A stretch of 64,000 bases of DNA, taken from NCBI GenBank assembly GCA_964016885.1, contig OZ024741.1, forward strand, positions 180,916,001-180,980,000. The letters are read 5' to 3'. This DNA comes from Eledone cirrhosa (taxonomy: Eukaryota). Below are positions 1-18,249 of this stretch, piece after piece; the first letter of the stretch is position 1; each line of letters starts with the position of its first letter. Below the pieces are notes generated by a model. The model was given only the letters and a program-made list of their open reading frames with translations, was not told the origin of the DNA and ran no database searches. Both the position numbers and the translations under genes were made by a program.

Positions 1-499
1 ACACTCATACACACACACAGTCACACACATACATACACACACACTCACACATTCATATATATATATAAGAAGAGCATCCTGCTGTAGAAACAATGCCAAA
101 AATAGAACACTTGAGCAGACTGTGCCAACAAATGACAGCATGATGATGATGATGGTGGTAATGATAGATAGATAGACAGATGAAGGATGACGAACTGTAA
201 TGACGAGAATCCAGTTGTTTGATCTACTGAATGGATTAACGTGCAAAGTGACTAATATGTGACAATGCTGGACCTTTGAATGACCAGTAGAGTCCATTAG
301 AGCCTATACACATTCCCAGCACCTGAACACTGTACACAATAATTTCATTATTATTATTACAATTTCATTCACACAGTTGATCCCAGGCTATTGTAAAAGA
401 CATTTGACCCAAGATGCCACACAGTGGGACTGAACACAGGACCTAATGATTGTGAGGCAAATGTCTTAACTACTTAGACACACACACACATACATAGGT

Positions 500-980
500 G
501 CAGAGCACTAAAAGTTGATGGAAGCCGTGGAGTGGGGAGACCCAAGAAGACCTGGAGCGAGGTGATAAAAGCAGACCTTGCCCAATTGCACCTCTCAACG
601 GCGATGACACAGGACCATGACCTGTGGCGCCACGCAGCAATACAGAAGACCAGACTTCCCATGGGAACAAGCTGAAGCATATAAGCAATATGCCCCCATC
701 CCCTCCCACTGCAAAGTGGTCGTGGAGATGTCATGACAAAAAATCACCCAGATCTTACTGTAAAGTGGACATGTAGGCGCCATGGAAAAAAAGCACCCAG
801 CACTCACTGTAAATGAGGTTGGTGTTAGGAAGGGCATCCAGCTGTAGAAATCAAGCCAGAATCAGTTCCTGTATGAGCAAAACAAGGTCAGCCGACCAAA
901 CATTGCCCACAACAGGACAACCCGTCTAACCCATGCTAGCGTGGAAGAATCGACGTAAAACGGTGATGATGACGACGATG
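500..980 (+). mobile_element. RTE-type 3' end / RTE-tailed SINE family (also ~1960-2497, 21820-22017, 24730-25082; - strand ~2550-2730, 21335-21450, 23340-23900)
   Basis: GRPKKTWSEVIKADL (RTE C-terminus), shared GGTTGGTGTTAGGAAGGGCATCCAGCTGTAGAAA and (GAT)n tail. Confidence 0.7.
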
Positions 981-1288
981 CACATATAGACTTATGCAGA
1001 CACATACACATACACACACATATATATGTAGATACAGGCAGACGTTCCAAGGAACCGAAAGGGAAGAAACAAAGACAAGATTAAAAATATAATAAAATAA
1101 ACAGTGCCAACAACAACAGAAATAAGAACAAACAAAAATATCAGTTACATAATTTATCAAAATAAAATGAAAAGGGTCAAAATAATACAAGAAAAAGAAA
1201 ATTTTTTTTTTTGATTTTATGGAAAATGCTCAATTTATAGACAGTAAATGTTGCAAAATACATGTGTGCATATATGCATTACATGTAG

Positions 1289-1354
<66 letters not shown>

Positions 1355-1438
1355 TATATCCATGTATATATGCAAACTTGTAATATATGTATGTATATAT
1401 ATATATCCATGTATATATGCAAACACATGTAATATATG

Positions 1439-1492
<54 letters not shown>

Positions 1493-2494
1493 AGCAATGT
1501 CCATTCTATTCGACTTTCGTTTCCTAATTATAACTATATATGTGTGTGTGTGAAATATGTATACATACATTCATACATACACATTAAATACACCAGAGCA
1601 GTTGTTGTCCTTTAACCCTAGGTAAGCAGGCTAATGATTAAATGTATTGGTGCTGTGTTGATTCCATGATCATTCCAAATCTTTCTGCCTCTATTAACCA
1701 ATGTGTGAAATATAGTGGCTGTATCCTTCAGGTTGAGTGACGAATTAGTGGCATCCTCACTCACTCCAGAGAGTAGATATTCATATTGAGTAAGTAATAT
1801 AACTTGTTCATATGATTTATATAACTTTTCTCTAGATTGAACATTTTCTCCACTATTTACAGATGAAGAAATAACACAGACATCATCACCTTAATATTAG
1901 AAAAACTCTGTGTAGCAGTTGTTTCTACCCAATCCTTGTACTGCTTATATATATATATAGACGGTAGCCACGGAGTAGGCAGACCCAGAAAAACCTGGGG
2001 CGACTTGATAAATTCCGACCTCACACACTTACACCTCTCCAAGACAATGTCACTGGACCGAGATCTTTGGCGCTACACAGTAATACAGAAGACCCACCTT
2101 GCCTAAGTACAAAGCGAAACCTACAGTAGTCTGTAGGCACCTCTAACAAAATACCCCCCCCCCCCCCACTACCCCCACCTCATCCACACCATCCCCTTAA
2201 ATGTGAAGTTATGTTGGTACCACAACATCCAGGCCGAAACAAATGAGGTTGTGTAGGTGTCACGACAAAAAAACACTCAGTCCACACTGTAATGTGGCCG
2301 TGTAGGTAACACGGTAAAAACCTCCCAGTCCACACTGTAAACGTGGTTGGTGTTAGGAAGGGCATCCAGCTGTAGAAAACCCGCCAGACAGTCCTATGCG
2401 AGCAGGACAACAAATCTTGCCTCAAGTGGGAAACCTCCCGTCCAAACCCATGCAAGCGTGGAAGATGGACGTTAAACGATGATGATGATGATGA

Positions 2495-2551
<57 letters not shown>

Positions 2552-2800
2552 ATCATCCTCATCATCATCGTTTACCATATATTTCCATTCTTGCATGGGT
2601 TAGACAGGTCATCTACACTATGAGTCAAGTCTGGCCAGCTGGCCACTTCACACCTTGCTCAAACGGAACTGTATTTTGGCTGGGATTTTTACAATTGGAT
2701 GTCTTTCCTCATACAAACCACCTTTACAGTGTGGAACTGGGTGGTCCCATCATGAGGGAGGTCTGGCCATTATACATATATGTGTGTGTGTGCATGTGTG

Positions 2801-2840
<40 letters not shown>

Positions 2841-3033
2841 CATATATACATATATAAATAAATAAATATATATATATATATAAATGGAAGTTCAGCAGAA
2901 TCTGCAGCCATGTTAACGAATGCAATCGGAATGTGCAGCTAAGCACTAAATAAGGTATTTTACGCTTAGACCGCTTGACAGATTAAAGACTGCGACCGGT
3001 AAAGGACCAAAGCAACGAGAAAACCAACTCAGG

Positions 3034-3084
<51 letters not shown>

Positions 3085-3396
3085 AAAGCTTCATGGTTAG
3101 AGGATCGGATTCACAAATGTAAGGTTGCGATTTTGACTCCCAGACTGGGTGATGTGTTATGTCCTTGAACAAAACACTTTATTTCATGTTGCACTTTCTG
3201 GCAGTAGTTGTCACCAGTAGATAGTATCAGCAATAGAAAGACAAATGGAAACATTGTGTTCTTGGTCCAATTTTATGAGTTCTACCCTACTTAGTAAGCA
3301 AATGAGGTCTGGGATCTTGTTCATTGGTGTATATATATAGTAATAATAATAAATTTGAAGACTAAAATTGTGCTTAAACTTTAATCTGTTATTTTA

Positions 3397-3431
<35 letters not shown>

Positions 3432-4488
3432 GCAAAATTTTCTATAAGATTTTTTTTGTCTCTCGACTGCCAACATGTTAGCTAACTTGATTTTTTAAAC
3501 CTATGGTTGGTGTAGTAGTGATAACAAATTCTCCATTTCATTTGTTTGCCTTGGCCGTGTCAACCAAATATTTAATGTTCATTTCTAAACTTCATATCAA
3601 TGCTATTGGGGAAAATCGCTTTCCTCAGGGGAGAATTGCACCTTTCATTAGTGGCTTCATCAATCCACCAAGCATCACTGCTACAATAAATTTAACTCAC
3701 TGAGACACACTTCACTCACTTGCTATGGACTTGACCAACCACTCACTCACTTCATCAGTCAGTCACACACACACACACACATAACACACATATAAACATA
3801 TATATATACATATACACACCACACATATACACACATATGTATATGCGTGTGTGTGTGTGTGTGTGTGAATTATTACTATAACATATAATTATAATAGGTA
3901 TAACTTCACATTTGTAACACTGGTGTTAGAGTTAATCTTAGCTAATTTGTAGAAACATAAAAAAAAAAATTAAAATTGGTTACCTCCCTTAGTTATCTTC
4001 CCTTATATACCAATAATTGCAGCTATGCTCATAACTATTATTTTTTGTAGTGGAGATATGTATGGCCAAATGGTTAAGGTTGTGGGTTCACTTCCTGGAC
4101 TGGATGATGCCTTGTTATCGTTCACACTTCATTTCTTCTTACTCCAATCTACTAAGCTGAAAAAAATGCGTAACAGCAGTGGCTGGGTGTTAACCCTACC
4201 ATGGACTAGCATCATGTCCAAGGATTTTTTTGTACTCTCAGTCACCTTACAGCAACAAAACTGGAATAAGCAGTAATCTGATGATGCTTGAGACATGAAA
4301 TTTTAATCTCTACTGTTGAAAACAGGACTTCTGTGTTTGTACATTCCACCAGTCTACACTATAACAACAATCATCACCATCATCATTACGTATCATCTTC
4401 ATCAACATCATCTTCATCACCAGCATTGCAATATACATAGACAGAAGGACATACATATGCATGCAATTATGTATGTATGTGTGTGTTT

Positions 4489-4546
<58 letters not shown>

Positions 4547-4682
4547 AAACATACTTACATTTGTGTTGAAAGCCTAACTTAGAATTGCAATATTTAAAGT
4601 CTCATATAGATGCAAAGTACATGTCTGTTCATTTAGATGGTAAATAATTTGTATTTATGCATGTGTTTGGATATATATATAT

Positions 4683-5011
4683 GGAGGCGTATGGCTTAGT
4701 GGTTAGAGTGTTGGGTTTGTGATCGTGAGTTTGTTTCTCAGATTGGGTGATGTGTGTGCTTTGAGCAAAACACTTTATTTCATGTTGCTCCAGTTTACTC
4801 AGGTGTATAAATGAGTTGCAGCGTCACTGGTACTAAGCTGTGTTGGCCATTGCCTTTCCCTTGGACTACAATTGTGGTGTGGAGAGGGGAGACCGGTAAG
4901 CATGCTGATCTTCTGCAAACAACCTTGCCCATATTGTACCCCGGAGAAGAACTTTTTAGGTGCAAATCCCATGGTCATTCATGACTGAAGGTGGTCTTTA
5001 TGCATACCCTT

Positions 5012-5012
<1 letters not shown>
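4683..5012 (+). mobile_element. tRNA-derived SINE, second family (partial copy ~3085-3195)
   Basis: Head GGAGGCGTATGGCTTAGTGGTTAGAGTG and core TTGAGCAAAACACTTTATTTCATGTTGC, shared with 3165-3192. Confidence 0.65.
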
Positions 5013-5059
<47 letters not shown>

Positions 5060-5099
5060 TGTATATATATATATATATATATATATATGCATGTATATA

Positions 5100-5711
<612 letters not shown>

Positions 5712-5761
5712 CATGCATATATATATATATATATACATGCATATATATATATATATATACA

Positions 5762-5837
<76 letters not shown>

Positions 5838-5841
5838 TGTA

Positions 5842-5874
<33 letters not shown>

Positions 5875-5936
5875 GTATATATCTATATATATATATATAT
5901 TTATGTGTGTATATGTATATATTTATATATGTGTGC

Positions 5937-5970
<34 letters not shown>

Positions 5971-5973
5971 TTG

Positions 5974-6031
<58 letters not shown>

Positions 6032-6044
6032 CATACATACATAT

Positions 6045-6077
<33 letters not shown>

Positions 6078-6162
6078 CACATACATATAAATACATATAC
6101 ACATATATGTTTATATATATATATATATATACACAAACACACAGCACAAACACTCCGACACA

Positions 6163-6521
6163 TTGATTTCCATGTGTCTAACACACGTGGGCATGATCAC
6201 AAAGTCAGAAAACAGCACAGTGCCCCCATGACTTTTGGAAACATTTTTTCACGCTCAGAGTTGCTGAAGCATGTAACAAACTACCTGCATCGGTTGTTAG
6301 CTGTCGAGACACTGCATCCTTTGAAACCTCCCATGCTTCCCGAGATTCGCCAACACTACACCTAATGCCCCCCCCCCCCATACACATACACAGATGTATA
6401 TCATGACTCATACACTATTCACTTCCCTGACATTTGTATATTATTCTATGTACTATAAATGTACCTTTGACGAGTTGTAGTGCACCTGAGCACTTTACAC
6501 AATAATTTCATTATCATTATT
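6163..6521 (+). mobile_element. Dispersed 3' fragment of the same CR1-type LINE
   Basis: Closely similar to ~59397-59750 (GATTTCCATGTGTCTAACACACGTGGGCAT ... CACAATAATTTCATTAT). Confidence 0.85.
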
Positions 6522-6898
6522 TGGAAACTTCACTTTTATAATTCTCTGTTAAATTTATATTGCTTTGTACCATGCTTTTAAACCCCTTTTGGCAATTATT
6601 GACATGATCAATGTTGTACTGTTATTTCAGTATTATTATTCATTACTACTTATATTGTTATTCTTATTCACCAGCATCATCATCATTTTACGTCCTTTTT
6701 CCCCGCCGGTATAGGCTGGACGGTATTTTTATGTTTTAAAAATTATTATTACTAGTAATTACCATCATTAATTATTGTCAAAATGCCTCTCAGCTTTTTA
6801 TTAATATTCTTTTTCTTGTATATATATATATATATCCATATACATCCATATATTATACATACATATTTATATATATATATATATATGTATATATCTAT

Positions 6899-6932
<34 letters not shown>

Positions 6933-6934
6933 CT

Positions 6935-6972
<38 letters not shown>

Positions 6973-7066
6973 ATACATATATATATATATATATATATAC
7001 ATATATATACATATATATATGTATATACATATCTATACATATATATATATATATATATACATATCT

Positions 7067-7158
<92 letters not shown>

Positions 7159-7366
7159 CTATCTATACATATATATATATACATATCTATACATATATAT
7201 ACATATCTATACATATATATATATATATACATATCTATACATATATATATACATATATATATATATATCTATCTATACATATATATATATACATATCTAT
7301 ACATATATATACATATCTATACATATATATATATATATACATATCTATACATATATATACATATCT

Positions 7367-7482
<116 letters not shown>

Positions 7483-7506
7483 CTATACATATATATATAC
7501 ATATCT

Positions 7507-7537
<31 letters not shown>

Positions 7538-7562
7538 TCTATACATATATATATACATATCT

Positions 7563-7599
<37 letters not shown>

Positions 7600-7844
7600 T
7601 CTATACATATATATATATACATATCTATACATATATATATACATATCTATACATATATATATATATATATATACATATCTATACATATATATATATATAT
7701 ATACATATCTATACATATATATATATATATATATATACATATCTATACATATATATATATATCTATACATATCTATACATATATATATATATCTATACAT
7801 ATCTATACATATATATATATATATATACATATCTATACATATAT

Positions 7845-7964
<120 letters not shown>

Positions 7965-8389
7965 CATATTTATATATATATATGTATATATCTATACATA
8001 TTTATATATATATATGTATATATCTATACATATTTATATATACATATACATATATACATATTTATATATATATATGTATATATCTATACATATTTATATA
8101 TACATATACATATATACATATTTATATATATATATGTATATATCTATACATATTTATATATATATATACATATATACATATTTATATACATATATACATA
8201 TATATACATATATACATATTTATATACATATATACATATTTATATACATATATACATATATATACATATATACATATATATACATACATATTTATATACA
8301 TACATATATACATACATATATACATACATATACACATATATACATACATATATATATACATATATAAACACACACACACACGCACACAC

Positions 8390-8420
<31 letters not shown>

Positions 8421-8512
8421 CATACATATATAGATACATATACTCTTCATCTCATCATCTATGGAGTAATACCCTGACTTGTGGTTGTCCCAGTCCTCAC
8501 AACATAGACACT

Positions 8513-8621
<109 letters not shown>

Positions 8622-8644
8622 CATATATATATGTATATATAGAT

Positions 8645-9077
8645 ATGGGTAATTCTCCGGTGGTGAAGAGAGAGATGTAAGAGAATGTAGAATGAGATGT
8701 ATAGTGTGTAGAGGAACGTAGGAAATAGGGTAAAAAATAATAACACGAGATAGAGTTACCTTGGAGAGATTTAATTGTCCATATATTTCGGATTCGCATC
8801 CATCAACTGGGGGGTTTTCCGGGGGAAACAATGAACAGCAGAGGACACGTACCGTTCCTCTCCGACAGATAACCTTCCCCCCCCGGAAAACCCCCCAGTT
8901 GATGGATGCGTATCCGAAATATAGGGACAATTAAATCTCTCCCAAGGTAACTCTATCTCATGTTATTATTTTTTACGCTCTTTCCTACGTTCCTCTACAC
9001 ACTATACATCTCATTCTACATTCCCTTACATCTCTCTCTTCACCACTGGATCCTGTTACCCAGAGAATTACCCATCT
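8645..9077. mobile_element. Fold-back MITE-like element with ~180-bp inverted arms
   Basis: ATGGGTAATTCTC...GAGAATTACCCAT termini. Arms 8645-8826 and 8877-9077 are reverse complementary with few mismatches. Confidence 0.75.
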
Positions 9078-9496
9078 GCATTGTTGAGGCTTCCAAAACG
9101 ACCAAAATAAAATATATATATATATACACATATGAAATTTGTTTTAGCTGTTCAAAGATCCAAATTATAAAATACAAACAGTTTGTCTAATTCCACCTTA
9201 CTGAAGCCATCTTTGATCTCAATTTCTTAACTTTTATCCTCTTTTGCATTTATAAAGTCATGTCTTCCTATTTTTACATTTCATTTATGTATGCAGGTAT
9301 ATGCAGATACTTACAAGTATGTACACGTATACACGATATGTTAAATATTTGTATGTATGTTATATATATATACATACATACATACATACATACATACATA
9401 CATACATACATACATACATACATACATACATAAATATATATATATATATATGAACGTTTATGAAAGCACACATGCACTCATATACACACATATATC

Positions 9497-9562
<66 letters not shown>

Positions 9563-10078
9563 GATCATGGCTTAATGAATACACATGTATTTTTTCTCCA
9601 AAAAATCTTTTTCCATTCCTTCCCTTTCTCACTCTCTATCTTTCTATTTCATTCTATATTCTGATGAAGGACTAGTGTTCGAAACGTTAAGGCTCTTTTC
9701 TTACAATATCAAGCATTAAACTAATATATTTCTTCATTGTAATGTGTCATCTGCTTTCTATGTGTGAACATACATTTATATATTTATGTATATATACATA
9801 CATACCTATATATATATAACTATTTCTCAACTATAGCAATATTTCTATGATGTGTTGTATCCTACTAGGGAAGCTAGTAACTCAAACTAGACATAAAAGA
9901 CTAATATGAAAATATGCAGAATCAATAATAATAGTTAAGCTCAGACACAGTTGTCTTTAATCTAAGATGATTTAAAGAAAAGCTGTTCCTTAGTTTATAC
10001 ATACAGATACTCACACACACAAACACGCACCCACACACACAATCGCTCACACTCATATACACAATTACACACCCACAC

Positions 10079-10126
<48 letters not shown>

Positions 10127-10133
10127 TATATAC

Positions 10134-10181
<48 letters not shown>

Positions 10182-10686
10182 CTGCATTCCATGTATATAG
10201 GTTTATATATATGCACAAAAATTTATATATCTATTCTCCTCTATTCTATATAATATATATATATATATTTTCATGGATATACAGAAACACACACATATAT
10301 AGATTTACACACACGCACACACACATATATGCATATCTATATATATGTGTGTGTGTAAACCTGTGTATGCTTGTGTGTGTGTTTGTGTGCATGTGTGTGT
10401 TCACGCACACAAACACTAGTTCTTGGGCATAACACATGTCCTATATACACCAGTAATAGAGTAAATTCCTATGTTAGAGTTGTGTGAATTTGTCTGTATA
10501 TACTTCCTCTATAGACTGGCTGTGTAAGTGTTGATATAGATTATGTAGACAATTTACTATATATAATATACATTTATCTATGGAAATGTTTATTTGAATG
10601 TATCAACATAGTTTACATTTACATTAGGAACAGTTGAAATTTGGTATGTAATAATAACAATAATAATAATAATAATAAAAATAATG

Positions 10687-10735
<49 letters not shown>

Positions 10736-11137
10736 GAACAACAACAATAATAATAAAAATAATTAATAGGTGTAACAGCAAGAGTCATAATTAATAACAG
10801 TATCATGTTTTTAAATGTAAACATATATGTATGCATGTATATATACACATACACACATGTATATATTTTACATATATATATAATATATATATGTGTACAT
10901 ATATATGTATATACATATATATGTATATACATATATATCATATATATATACATACATATATATGTATATACATATATATATACATATGTATATATATATA
11001 TGTATATACATATATATGTATATACATTTATATGTATATACATATATATATATGTATGTACACACATATATATATGTACATACATACACACATATATATA
11101 TATATATATACATGTAAATATAAATATAGGCATATAC

Positions 11138-11182
<45 letters not shown>

Positions 11183-11193
11183 CATATACATAA

Positions 11194-11224
<31 letters not shown>

Positions 11225-11305
11225 TATGTGAATATACATATGCTTATATTTATTGACAAAATTGCATTCTTACACAGAGGTATAACTCTACTCTTACATG
11301 TGTAT

Positions 11306-11361
<56 letters not shown>

Positions 11362-11412
11362 AATATATATACACATGTATATATACATATATATATATAA
11401 ATATATATACAC

Positions 11413-11458
<46 letters not shown>

Positions 11459-11479
11459 TATTTATATATATTATGTATA

Positions 11480-11510
<31 letters not shown>

Positions 11511-11527
11511 GTATATATATATATATG

Positions 11528-11575
<48 letters not shown>

Positions 11576-11689
11576 CTGTATATATATATATATATACATG
11601 TATATATATATATATATATACATGTATATATATATATATATATACATGTATATATATATATATATATACATGTATATATATATATATAT

Positions 11690-11960
<271 letters not shown>

Positions 11961-11968
11961 ATATATAT

Positions 11969-12010
<42 letters not shown>

Positions 12011-12074
12011 ATATATATATACATGTATATATATATATATACATGTATATATATATATACATGTATATATATAT

Positions 12075-12357
<283 letters not shown>

Positions 12358-12391
12358 TGTATATATATGTATATATATATGTATATATATG

Positions 12392-12754
<363 letters not shown>

Positions 12755-12755
12755 G

Positions 12756-12802
<47 letters not shown>

Positions 12803-12819
12803 TTATATGTATATATATG

Positions 12820-12850
<31 letters not shown>

Positions 12851-12851
12851 G

Positions 12852-12882
<31 letters not shown>

Positions 12883-13005
12883 GTATATATGTATATATAT
12901 ATATATATGTATATATATGTATATATATATGTATATATATGTATATATATATATGTATATATATATATGTATATATATGTATATATATATATGTATATAT
13001 ATATG

Positions 13006-13054
<49 letters not shown>

Positions 13055-13111
13055 GTATATATATATATATATGTATATATATGTATATATATATATATAT
13101 GTATATATATG

Positions 13112-13174
<63 letters not shown>

Positions 13175-13387
13175 GTATATATATATGTATATATATATAT
13201 GTATATATATATATATGTATATATATGTATATATATATGTATATATATATATGTATATATATATGTATATGTATATATATATATGTATATATGTATATAT
13301 ATATGTATATATATATATGTATATATATATGTATATGTATATATATATATGTATATATATGTATATATATATGTATATATATATATG

Positions 13388-13434
<47 letters not shown>

Positions 13435-13610
13435 GTATATATATATACATATATATATACATACATATAAATATATATATATACATACACACATACACAC
13501 ACTCACATACATATATGTATGTATATATATATTTATATATATATATATATATATAAGTACAAATTTCAAAAGAGCAAAATACAGACAGGACACATATACA
13601 TACATACATA

Positions 13611-13655
<45 letters not shown>

Positions 13656-15049
13656 CATGTACATGTATGTATATATATATATGTATATATATGTATGTAT
13701 ATATGTATGTATATGTATGTATGTATATATATATATTTATATACAAATATATGTGTGTATGCATGTGTGTATGTGTGTGTGTGTAGATGAAATAATTATT
13801 ACGTGTATTAGCATAGAATCTTTGATTTCACCTTGGACACAGTCATAAACCTTTCAAAATATTGCATGCAAATATCATATTCAAAATAACTTAACTGATG
13901 TATGATAATCTGCCATAGAGCTTCACCTTCATCCATCAGACTGTTTAGATAGAATGGAATTGCATATCATTTGATGAGATGAAGAGAATCTGTCCATACA
14001 TACTTCTTAGCACAAACCCAGCAATTTGAAGGGAAGAGGAAAATTGAATAAATTGACCCTAGAGGTGTTTCTTTATCGACTCTTGTTAGGATGAATGACA
14101 AAGCTAACCTCAGTGGGATTTGAACTGAGAATGTAAAGGCCCATAACGTTGCCAATCATGTTGCTTGACACTCTACCAATACTGCCAATCCACTGCCCTA
14201 CATATAAAATAATAATTATGTTAATAATTGTTTCTACTTTAGGCACAAGGCCAGCAATTACCCAGTACATTACTGGTACTTTATTTTATCGACCCCGTAA
14301 GGATGACAGGCAAAGTTAACCTCGGCAGGATTTGAACTCAGAATGGCAAGAGCTGTAACTCTTTGCATCAAAGCATGGCGTCCGACCCTCTACTGATACT
14401 GCCAATCCACCACGATAGTAATAATAACATCAACAACAAAGATAATAATATTAATGACATCTTAGCATGAATCTGTTCACTGTTAACCCTAGAGACACCT
14501 GGCTTGTTGAAGGGGTAGTAACCTTACATTTATTTATCCACTATATTACTAGATAAGCATTATCTAGTGAATAGTTATTCTTATTTATTCTAGTGAATAG
14601 TTATTCTTATTTATTCAATTACATATAGAACTACCTTCATAACCATCTGTTGCCCTATTTGGTCATGTTGGATGGAGTTTTATTATGGATAAGATTGGGT
14701 GTGATGAATTAAAATATTTTGACAGTATTTTTGGTAAAGGTCTTATCACTTTTATGTTCTGAGAGGAAATGCTCTTGAATTAATGTGAGAAAAACAGTTG
14801 CTATATGTGAGATCACTTTCATATTATATGTGGATTATACCAAGTAACATGACAAGTTCCTACTCTACTCTCATGTTTAATGTAATCTATCACTAAATCC
14901 CTATGATCCAGAGCCTCATTATATTCTATTGCATGATCCTTAAACATTTTCCCATTGGCAGATAAATGAGATGTTTTAACCAGATTTTTGGTTATACTGG
15001 TGAGATGGTTAGAAGATTTACTGATGTAATTCAGAGTCTCAGTGAGATT

Positions 15050-15700
15050 TCTAAAAAAGATTAAAACGATGTAGGGTCATTTGTAGGAAATGCACCACTG
15101 ATAGGCTTGCATCTATTAGTCTAAAAAACTTGAAGCTTTTTAAAAAACAAACAGCTATTAACTGAATCTATCTGAATCTATCAAACTCAGTCTGTATATG
15201 GTCATAGTCAACAGACCTTCAACATGATACATACTACTGATTACATGCAATTTAGTGAAAGTATTGTACTATAATTACAAAGATAATTCTGGAAGTAGTT
15301 CTCAGTGTAATTGTCCTATAGCAAAGAAATGACTATCTAGCAATGTAGTGTATTAATGTAAGGTTAGTATATTTTCCACTAACAAGGTGTATCTTGGGTT
15401 AACAGCCAATAGTTTCAAGCTAAGATATCATATGCACAACCATTTGTTTCAATATCCAGTTAAAAGGAATATGGCTTCACTTTTGGCCTACATCTTGAAA
15501 GTCAGGAACATTCAATAAGAGTCATGTTAGGAGATCTTAGGAAACGTTGAATCTTATAATGGTCACAGAAAACCTTGTCATATCTGTGCCACAGAAACCC
15601 TCAAAATTCTCTATGCTCAGGAGAAGATTTTGAACTAAGTTTAAGAGCTGATTTCAGCTTGTTAGCATAGGATACACAACATCTTTCTACATTATAGTCC
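15050..15700 (+). mobile_element. Highly decayed Penelope-like GIY-YIG 3' fragment
   Basis: NVVY*CKV...VYLGLTANSFKLRYHMH, followed by CHICATE and ELISAC remnants. Confidence 0.55.
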
Positions 15701-17163
15701 TGCACTGTACTAAAACAGATGGTATTGATCTACAGACTATTAGCAAACAGATAGAGTATGTTTAGATATAGTGATTAATAATCAGTTAGAATTTGAATCA
15801 TTGGAATTCAAACTCTAAAGTGTGTTTTTCAATATTGTGAATCATATAGTTTAAACATATTTATATATGTACATATATATACATATGTATGTGCATATGC
15901 ATGTGTAAATCTGTGTGTTTATGCATGTATGCATATATGCATGCACATATGTAAGTGTTTACATGGGTATACATAAGTGTATGCACACATCTATGTCTGA
16001 ATATATGTATATAGCTATGAATATATGTCTGCATGCATATATGTATACTAGTGGATATAAGTCTACTCTTTGTTAATGTGTGAAAAGATAGAAATGTTGT
16101 AGAATTATAGATTTAATAATTGAAGTATAAGTTAGTAATGTTACTACGAGTTAAAACCGGTGAATTGGCAGTATTCGGTAGAGGGTCGGACGCCATGCTT
16201 TGACGCACAGAGTTACGGCCCTTGCCATTCTGAGTTCAAATCCCGCCGAGGTTAACTTTGCCTTTCATCCTTATGGGGTCGATAAAATAAAGTACCAGTA
16301 ATACACTGGGTAATTGCTGGCCTTGTGCCAAAAGTAGAAACAGTTATTAATACTACGAGTTGTGTTTTCTTATAAATCTTTTATCCTCAGTTTAATATTA
16401 TTGACTTTTATCATATTTATTGCATTTATTACTGTTCTTCTTTTTCTTCTTCTTCTTCTTCTTCTTATTATTATTTATAGGCTAGCTAACTTGAGGAGAG
16501 GGGTGCTCCCCCTGGGTGCCCTGGAAGCGCAGGGTGGTTCAGGATTGGTGGGGTACCTGAAGCACCCCAGGGTCGTACACCCCCTATCGGGGAATTTATT
16601 TTGTTATATTTATGTATAGTTTATTTTATATTTTTATATTTTCATTGTTAAATTAGTCTTGCCATTGTGCACTTTTACTCCACCTTATTGTAAATCCCCA
16701 CTGTCCCTGTCTTTGTATTGTCCCCTACATGTTGGCCCTGGTGGCTAACAAATGAAATCATTATTATTATTAGTAGTATTAGCAGTAACAGTGTTACCAT
16801 TATTAATATTACCATGATTATTATTTTATAAGTTTGAGCAATTATTAATTAATTTGAGTATTCGTTTGATTTAAACTATATACACAGTTAGCTTAGAAGT
16901 AAGTATACACTGATTCTCTTTATCTCGTCAAATGGTATAAAAGTCATTCTATCTAAACTATCTGTATGCATGAAGCTGAAATTCTATTGCAGATTCTCGC
17001 ATGTTTAAGTTAAGACCTTCTGTATTTTAAACATGATATTTGACTGTAATATTTTTAAACATTTATAATGTTTACATATCTGTGTCGACAGATTTTAGAA
17101 TATCTCCGTTTGTGAATGGTGAAAGTAGAGATTCTGGGCTAAACTTTATAATCTATTCAAATA

Positions 17164-17195
<32 letters not shown>

Positions 17196-17212
17196 ATGTA
17201 TGTGTGTATGTA

Positions 17213-17273
<61 letters not shown>

Positions 17274-17290
17274 ATGTGTGTGTGAATCCT

Positions 17291-17324
<34 letters not shown>

Positions 17325-17359
17325 TATTTTTGTATATATATATATATATATACATATAC

Positions 17360-17400
<41 letters not shown>

Positions 17401-17515
17401 CAAATGTGTATATATATCTATATATATATATACATATACAAATGTGTATATATATATATATATATATACATATACAAATATATACATATGTATATATATA
17501 TATATATATATACAT

Positions 17516-17546
<31 letters not shown>

Positions 17547-17575
17547 TATATATATATATATGTGTATATATATAC

Positions 17576-17754
<179 letters not shown>

Positions 17755-17831
17755 TACATACATATATAAACATTTATGATGAAGACAACATATCTAAACT
17801 AATCAGAAGACATATTTCAGACAATTGTGTG

Positions 17832-17951
17832 TCAGTCTCTTTCCCGTTGGTTTACAGATTCCGAACTGGAAGATCGACTTATGTTCTGGACTAGTTCTGC
17901 ATGCTCATCCAGCAGTTGTTCGAAATCTCGTTGTCGTTGTTCAGCATCCAC
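17832..17951 (-). CDS. Terminal coding exon ([39 protein letters not shown])
   Basis: Long CT tract + TAG acceptor; phase-0 frame of 39 codons with helical, charged composition, ending in TGA. Confidence 0.7.
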   Translation of the reverse strand: MDAEQRQRDFEQLLDEHAELVQNISRSSSSESVNQRERD

Positions 17952-18249
17952 CTAGAAAGAGAGAGATAAAGAAAGAAAGAGAAGGACAGAGAGAGAGATA
18001 GAGAGGGAGAGAAAGTGAAAGTTAAATGGAAAGGAAAAAAGAAGGGGTAATAATATTAAAAGAAAAAAATATGTAAGTAAAGAATGTTTAAAAGGCAGAA
18101 AAAAAGTTAAAAAAACAATTAAAATAAAATACATGCTTGCCATTTATCTAGTGCTCCCACTGCCTGCAATGACAAGCTATAACATACTATTGTAACCTGT
18201 ATACAGCCATGAATTTAATTTTCAGATAAGTATTTGGAAGAATAATATT

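Noticed and set aside
4275-4315. CTGATGA...GAAA motif
   Set aside because: No convincing stem I or stem III pairing.
16160-16350. tRNA gene
   Set aside because: A/B boxes are present but there is no cloverleaf; it is the head of a multi-copy SINE.
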